Below, one piece after another: positions 58,651 through 64,000 of a stretch of 64,000 nucleotides of DNA (the first letter of the stretch is position 1; every line of letters begins with the position of its first letter). The stretch is from Candidatus Latescibacterota bacterium. Lineage in GTDB: Bacteria > Latescibacterota > UBA2968 > UBA8231. Made by a program: the position numbers and the translations under genes. The stretch lies in contig OZ253462.1 of the NCBI GenBank assembly GCA_965261395.1, positions 608,001 to 672,000 on the forward strand, given 5' to 3'. The notes below the pieces were generated by a model. That model worked only from the letters and a program-made list of their open reading frames with translations, was not told the DNA's origin and did no database searches.

Positions 58651-60708
58651 TCAGTACGCTATGCCCACGGGGCGGAGCACGGCGGCAGCGCGGCGCTCGG
58701 ATTGCAGGGCCACGGAAATTAGGTACACGCCCGGAGGCAGGGCGCGGCCCTCTGCGTCGCGGCCGTCCCAGCGCGCCGTTTGCGGGCCGGCCGTTTGCAA
58801 GCCTTGGGGCACAGTCGCCACGAGGCGTCCGTCGAGTGTATAGATCACCAGTTCGACGGGCACTTGTTCCGGCAGACCATAGAGGGCATAGGACGCCCAG
58901 AGCTCGTCGTGAACGCCGTCGCCATTGGGCGTCAACACGGGCGTTGAAAAGCGCAAGTTTTGCAGCAGGGCGGGTTGTTGATCCGCAACGCTGAGGACGC
59001 GCAGGCTATTGGTGGAGAGCAATTCGCTGGCGTCGCCAGAGACGATGGGTTGGGGCAAGGTCTCGGCCTCTGAGTCGGTGACTGTGCCCAAGAACGTGGT
59101 GGCTAGTTCAAAAACTTCTGCCGCAAAGACAATGCGCAACGGCGCGTTGTTGGCGCGAGTGACGCGCTCAGGCAGGATCACCGTTAGCCCGTCGTCCTCT
59201 TCGCGAACGACGGCTGGATCGGTCGCTTGGCCGCCGACGAGCAGCGCTTTAAACGCGGGTTGGGCACCCGTGTGGATATGCACTTGGTCGAAGCCGCGCT
59301 GATTCCCCCCTGAGAACGAGGCCGACAGGTCGTACGCAAACTCGACCATTTCGCCCAAGGCCACCTCGCCGAACCCGTGCGCGGGCCGCGGGTCGGCGAG
59401 CGGGGCCACTTCGCCGAGGACGCGCGCCGCCAACAGCGGTGCCCGCTCAACCCACAGCGAGTCCAAGCGCACAAAATCCGCAAAACGGGTGCTGTGCAAG
59501 GTGATTAACACCTGTATAAAGGAGCCGCTGTCGAGGTTGAGCGGCAGACCCGACTGGGTCGTGGGCGTTGACCAGAAGGTCCAGTTATCGCGGTCGTAGG
59601 TGATTCCGGCCCGCATTCCAGGACGGGGACTGCGCTGGACAAAGTCGCAGGCGGCGCACGTGCGGGCAAACCCGGTGCGGAGATCGTTCTCGTAGCGGGC
59701 GCGGGAGACGACCTTCTCCTTGCCAGTGACCGTGTACTCATGATAGATGTTTGGGTCGTCGTCTCGACCCGTGCGAACCTCGACCTCGGCAAAGGCCCGT
59801 GCATCGGGGGCCTCAACGGCCTCGCCATCGACAAAGCGCATCGGCGTGGCGGTAAAGAACAACCGGCCAAAGTTTTGCTCGGTCCCGAGGTCGATGATTT
59901 TGGAGCGGTACGTGGCTCGCTTGGGGAAGCCCTCGCCATAGACCTCGAACTCGCTGATGGTGCCCAAGAGGGAGCGAGCCTGATTGCCTTGGCCGCCGGA
60001 TGAGCCACTAACGCGGTTCCGGGTCAGGGCCGTCTCGTCGATGATGGAGAATTTGCGGGCCCAGCGGAAGAAACGGACGTATTGTTGGTCGAAACCAACC
60101 CGCACATCAGGCGCAAAATTTTGCGCCGGCTCGGCGACGATCCTTGCGAGGGGCAGCGGGCCTTTGATGGCGAAAATCTCGCTGTTTTCCTCTTGGATCG
60201 AGATTTGGAAGGCCGGCGTCGAATCCGTGCGCAGCGGTGTGCCGTCGGAGCGGAAGCCGCCCGAAGGCACGTGGAAGCCGAAGGTGTGCGCTGGCATAGG
60301 CACGGCCAAGTCAATGGTGAAAAACTGCTTGTCAACGCCCTCGGCCTTGGAGGAATTGTACGTGGTGCTGTCGGCATCGATGAGCGCGACGCCGTTTTCG
60401 GTGGGGTCGCCGTTGCCCTCGTTCCACTTCCAGATGCGGGGTCGCTCGCCGTCGATATAGCCCAGCTCTTTGGGCTGGCGGAAGGTCGTCCAGTTGTCGA
60501 GCAGGGAGATGATGTTGACGCTTGGATCGACCCGCACCGGCTGGATGGCACCGGGGACGCGCTCAAAGTCGATCATAATACTGACGGTGTCTTGGCCGGC
60601 CCAGGGCTGGCTGCCGCCGAGCTGCCAAGTCGTCACCTCGGCTTTTAGGGCGGCCGAGGCCAGAAGCCCAATACCAGCGGCCAGCGCGAAGCTGCGGGTA
60701 CTCAGCAT
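58651..60708 (-). CDS. Large secreted protein, paralogous architecture with FlgD/CHU-like C-terminal domain
   Basis: Signal peptide; YRSKIIDLG, VRTG, LTPNGDGVHD...YTLDGR...WDGRDAEG..LPPGVY. Confidence 0.75.
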   Translation of the reverse strand: MLSTRSFALAAGIGLLASAALKAEVTTWQLGGSQPWAGQDTVSIMIDFERVPGAIQPVRVDPSVNIISLLDNWTTFRQPKELGYIDGERPRIWKWNEGNGDPTENGVALIDADSTTYNSSKAEGVDKQFFTIDLAVPMPAHTFGFHVPSGGFRSDGTPLRTDSTPAFQISIQEENSEIFAIKGPLPLARIVAEPAQNFAPDVRVGFDQQYVRFFRWARKFSIIDETALTRNRVSGSSGGQGNQARSLLGTISEFEVYGEGFPKRATYRSKIIDLGTEQNFGRLFFTATPMRFVDGEAVEAPDARAFAEVEVRTGRDDDPNIYHEYTVTGKEKVVSRARYENDLRTGFARTCAACDFVQRSPRPGMRAGITYDRDNWTFWSTPTTQSGLPLNLDSGSFIQVLITLHSTRFADFVRLDSLWVERAPLLAARVLGEVAPLADPRPAHGFGEVALGEMVEFAYDLSASFSGGNQRGFDQVHIHTGAQPAFKALLVGGQATDPAVVREEDDGLTVILPERVTRANNAPLRIVFAAEVFELATTFLGTVTDSEAETLPQPIVSGDASELLSTNSLRVLSVADQQPALLQNLRFSTPVLTPNGDGVHDELWASYALYGLPEQVPVELVIYTLDGRLVATVPQGLQTAGPQTARWDGRDAEGRALPPGVYLISVALQSERRAAAVLRPVGIAY

Positions 60709-60718
60709 GTCCTGTCTC

Positions 60719-61459
60719 CTAGCGAAAATGAGCATCGGCCGCGTGGGGAACACCGGGGCCGCGCTGCATCCGCATTAGCTGGCGCTGACGCGGGCTCAAG
60801 CCATCGTACCATTCCGGCGGAAAGCCATCGTGCGGGTCGAGCTGGAAGACCAGCATGTGCTTTCTATAGTGGCCGAAGAGGGCGTGGCGGTTGCGGTCGC
60901 CGGTGTTGGCTCCGCCGCCGTGCCAGCACTGGCCGTTGAAGACGATCACCGAGCCGGCCGGAGCTGTGGGCTGCACCTCGTGCTGGACCGCAAATCCCTC
61001 TGGGGGCGCGGTGAGGCCGCTCTTGTGCGAGCCGGGCACCACGCGGGTGCCGCCGATCGCGGGGCTGAAGTCGTCGAGCATCCACACGGTATTCATCATC
61101 ACCGGCGTGTCCATGTTGAGCATATAGGCAGGGATGTCGCTGTGCAGGTTTTGGAAACCGTCGCCGGGGCGGACGATGCGCGAGTTGAGGCTACCCAAAA
61201 TCAGCGAGGGCTCGAGAAAGTGTTCGAGGATGGGCAAGACGCGGGGGTGGTCGATGCACTGGTGGAAGATGCGATCCATGACCGGGAGGTTGGCCACGTG
61301 GCGGGCCGCGCCGCGGTGGGTGTGTTCGGTGCCGTGCTCTTGTTCGCAGCGGATCAGGGCTTGGCGCATGGCAACGGCAGTGTCGGAGTCGAGGACATTT
61401 TCGAGCAGGGTAAAGCCGTAGATTTCGATTTCTTGGATGGCTTGTTCGCGTTCGTTCAT
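60719..61459 (-). CDS. PhyH-family dioxygenase
   Basis: LHSD, VVPGSH, WHGGG.N...R. Confidence 0.9.
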   Translation of the reverse strand: MNEREQAIQEIEIYGFTLLENVLDSDTAVAMRQALIRCEQEHGTEHTHRGAARHVANLPVMDRIFHQCIDHPRVLPILEHFLEPSLILGSLNSRIVRPGDGFQNLHSDIPAYMLNMDTPVMMNTVWMLDDFSPAIGGTRVVPGSHKSGLTAPPEGFAVQHEVQPTAPAGSVIVFNGQCWHGGGANTGDRNRHALFGHYRKHMLVFQLDPHDGFPPEWYDGLSPRQRQLMRMQRGPGVPHAADAHFR

Positions 61460-61554
61460 GGAAATCTCCTTTACAACGGGCTACTAAAATAAGCCCGCAA
61501 AGTTCGCTTCTGCAAACGACCGCTTCTAATCGGCAAGAAGCGAGTATCCAGTGA

Positions 61555-62274
61555 TTACGCTAGATAGAGCGCCTCTACGATCATGCGCAGCGAGAGGAGC
61601 GTGATCACTATCCTGAAGATCTTGCGGAAAAGCTTTTCGGGAACCCGGTCTCGCAAGCGCGTGCCGCACCACGAGCCAAGCGTCGCCGTACCAATCATCC
61701 CGGCGATGAGCGGCAAATAGGGCGCGAAGGCGAAGCCGACAAAGCCGAAGACTAGGATTTTGCACAGGTGGGTGACGGTCATTACCGTGCCGTGGGTAAT
61801 GACCAAGCGGTCCTTGGGCAAACCCGCGCTGGCTAAGAAGGCACCGGTCAGGGGACCGGCGACGCCGACGAAGAGGGAGAGGAAGGTCTGAAGGGCACCG
61901 AAAATGGCAAAATGGCCGGGGAGGCGAAAAGCGCGTTTGGGTACGGGAACCCAGATGACGAGAAGGATGAAGACGCCCAGGTACAGAGGGAGGTTGTCAA
62001 AGCTAAAGCCACCGACCACCTGCGCCCCCACGACAGCGCCGAGGACTGCGCCGCCGGAGAAGGGCCAGAAGATGTGCCATTCGATGTGGCGCAGGCCAAA
62101 GAGTACGCGGCTGGCGTTGGAGGCTAGCTGCACGGCACCGTGGACGGGAATGATGGCCGCGGCGGGCAGCAAGCCCGGCATGACCGAGATCAGCGCAATA
62201 CCGCCGCCCACGCCGATGATGGCGGTAAAGGTCGAGGTCAGGAAGGAGACGCCAAGGAGGAAAAAGGGATCCAT
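61555..62274 (-). CDS. TauE/SafE sulfite exporter family
   Basis: GVGGG, IPVHGAVQL.SN..R, GVAGPL; multiple TM helices. Confidence 0.85.
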   Translation of the reverse strand: MDPFFLLGVSFLTSTFTAIIGVGGGIALISVMPGLLPAAAIIPVHGAVQLASNASRVLFGLRHIEWHIFWPFSGGAVLGAVVGAQVVGGFSFDNLPLYLGVFILLVIWVPVPKRAFRLPGHFAIFGALQTFLSLFVGVAGPLTGAFLASAGLPKDRLVITHGTVMTVTHLCKILVFGFVGFAFAPYLPLIAGMIGTATLGSWCGTRLRDRVPEKLFRKIFRIVITLLSLRMIVEALYLA

Positions 62275-63306
62275 TCAGTCGCAGTCGGCGAGCACTTCTT
62301 GAGCATAGGCGAACAGGGCGGGGTTGCCGCCGGTGTGCAGGAAGATCGCCTCGCCGTCGAGCCTGCCGTCGCGTGCGTGGGCAACAAGGCCAGCGAGGGC
62401 CTTGCTGGTGTACACGGGATCGAGGAGAATGCCCTCTTTGCGCGCCAAGGTGTGTAGGGCATCCAAACCAGCGGGGGTGGGGATGCCATACCCCTGGCCG
62501 ACGAAGGAATCGTCGTTGTCGAAGTCGGCGGCGCTCATGGCACAGTCGAAGCCGAGGCGGCGGGCGGCTTGATTGGCGAGATTGGCCATGTCCGCGTGGC
62601 GGTTTTCGACTTGGGGGATAGGGCAGAATCCGCGCACTTGAATCGGCGACTCGATATAGGCTAGGCCCAGTGCCACGCCGGCCTGGGTGGTGTCGAGGGC
62701 AGAGAGGTAGAGGTAGGACGGATTGATGCCTTGCTCTTGGCATTGGTCGGCAATCTCCACGCCCACTTCGGCATAGGCGATGGCGTCGAGATCGATAGTA
62801 TCTTCGCGGCGCGGCCAGTACACTCTTTTCCCCTGTGCAGAAAGCTCTTCGACTTTGGCTTGGAGAGCGTCTTGTTGGCTGCGATGGTCGCCTTTCGCTA
62901 GGACGGTGATCTGTGCGCCGAGCAGGTGCTGTAGCAGGTTGTTGCCTTGCGATTGGGTTCGGTCGATTGCGCGCACCGGCCGGAGGATCAAGTGGAGCTC
63001 TAGGTCTAGTTTGGCGCAGGCCGCGGCGAGTTGGCGGCAGTAGTTGGACTGCACCGCCGCGCCCGAGACAATGGTGTCGGCCCCTTTGGTCAAGGCGTCG
63101 GCCAAGGCAAACTCGAACATCCGCGTCTTGTTGCCGCCAAAGGCCAAGCCGGTCAGATCGTCGCGCTTGATATAGAGTGCAGGGCTGTCGAGGTGAGCGG
63201 TTAGGCGCGGCAGCGGCTCCAGCGGGGTCGGGCGGATTGAAGCTAGCTGGACGCGAGGTAGCTCGGCGATGGCTGCAGTGAGGGCGTTTGCTTTGGCGGA
63301 GTTCAT
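62275..63306 (-). CDS. D-cysteine desulfhydrase / L-cysteate sulfo-lyase-like PLP enzyme
   Basis: PTPL, IKRDDLTGLAFGGNKTR, QSNY, LLDPVYTSKA, LHTGG. Confidence 0.88.
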   Translation of the reverse strand: MNSAKANALTAAIAELPRVQLASIRPTPLEPLPRLTAHLDSPALYIKRDDLTGLAFGGNKTRMFEFALADALTKGADTIVSGAAVQSNYCRQLAAACAKLDLELHLILRPVRAIDRTQSQGNNLLQHLLGAQITVLAKGDHRSQQDALQAKVEELSAQGKRVYWPRREDTIDLDAIAYAEVGVEIADQCQEQGINPSYLYLSALDTTQAGVALGLAYIESPIQVRGFCPIPQVENRHADMANLANQAARRLGFDCAMSAADFDNDDSFVGQGYGIPTPAGLDALHTLARKEGILLDPVYTSKALAGLVAHARDGRLDGEAIFLHTGGNPALFAYAQEVLADCD

Positions 63307-64000
63307 CTCGCGGATTCCTTTGGCCAACCTTGGGGCGGCAGTTGGGAGAGGCGGTTTTGGCGGTGGCACTCTTCGATGACGGCAATTTGGACGCGCACTT
63401 GTTGCGGCGTGATCGCGGGTTGGGCTGCTTCCTGCAACACGGCGAATACGCCGTCGTAATAGGCGTTGGACATATAGGTAAATGCGCTTTGCTCGTCCTC
63501 GTTCGGGGCCCAGGACCGCTCGATCATTTTTAGCTCTTCGCGGCAATAGCTCGGGCCGGGCAGTGGGCTGCGGATGAGCATTTGCTCGGGTGCCTTTTGC
63601 GGATCGTAATAGCGCCAAGTCAGTCCCGCAGGGCCACCGGAGAGGCCGCCGCGCTCGCCGTGGACGGTGTACATGGGCTGCGAGAAGGGGGTGCAGGAGG
63701 AGATTTCGACGTCGATGACGGGTTTGTCTTTAGTGCGCAGTAGAATTTTGACGTAGTCCTCGGCGTCGCCGCAGGTATTAGCGCGATCCATGGCGCAGAG
63801 TATGTGGTCTGGCATGTTGAAGTCGAGCAGGCGCATGGCTTGGTCCATGGGGTGGGGGCCGGTATTGAGCAGGTTGCCGCCCCGGTATTCCTGCAAGGTC
63901 TGCCAATCCCAGCGGCGGGCAAAGCCGCTGAAAGAGATCGAGACCTGGACGATGCGGCCGAGGACGCCCGACTCAATGACTTGGAGCATCTTTTGGAATT
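63303..64000 (-). CDS. Gfo/Idh/MocA oxidoreductase, C-terminal part (runs off window)
   Basis: RRWDWQTL, GGNLLNTGPHPMDQ, DAEDY. Confidence 0.85.
   Translation of the reverse strand, partial: FQKMLQVIESGVLGRIVQVSISFSGFARRWDWQTLQEYRGGNLLNTGPHPMDQAMRLLDFNMPDHILCAMDRANTCGDAEDYVKILLRTKDKPVIDVEISSCTPFSQPMYTVHGERGGLSGGPAGLTWRYYDPQKAPEQMLIRSPLPGPSYCREELKMIERSWAPNEDEQSAFTYMSNAYYDGVFAVLQEAAQPAITPQQVRVQIAVIEECHRQNRLSQLPPQGWPKESAR

Noticed and set aside
62003-63385. 460-aa Arg/Pro-rich ORF overlapping the PLP lyase (and many similar alternative-frame ORFs)
   Set aside because: Composition typical of off-frame translation of GC-rich genes; the real genes occupy other frames

Overview
GC-rich bacterial chromosomal window of mostly housekeeping and catabolic genes. 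Housekeeping: fhs, ftsY, queG, rseP-cdsA-uppS, 5-formyl-THF cyclo-ligase, dusB, ino1, pheA, pnuC. Catabolic: four Gfo/Idh/MocA oxidoreductases, four PhyH dioxygenases, two enolase-superfamily dehydratases, SDRs, a GMC oxidoreductase, a sugar ABC transporter and a TonB receptor. The PhyH/Gfo expansion plus tandem secreted proteins with FlgD/CHU-like C-termini suggests a Latescibacterota/Gemmatimonadota-like, possibly sponge-associated organism (inference only). Mobile DNA: (i) a non-autonomous IS200/IS605 (IS1341-type) element with a catalytically intact TnpB, apparently inserted exactly at the start codon of the ABC operon; (ii) an intact IS5 (16-bp IRs, TTA duplication) that cuts off the C-terminus of a TPR-like gene; (iii) an IS110 remnant; (iv) degenerate GTAG-type REPs. 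Three loci (GNAT, MNT-HEPN, DUF3368 PIN toxin) are inactivated by internal deletions. The most unusual intact proteins are a 6TM voltage-gated channel with a TGGYAD filter and a phage-structural-like repeat in its S1-S2 loop, and a CLC protein lacking both coupling glutamates. No CRISPR array, rRNA or tRNA was seen. All calls come from motif recognition by eye, with no database searches.
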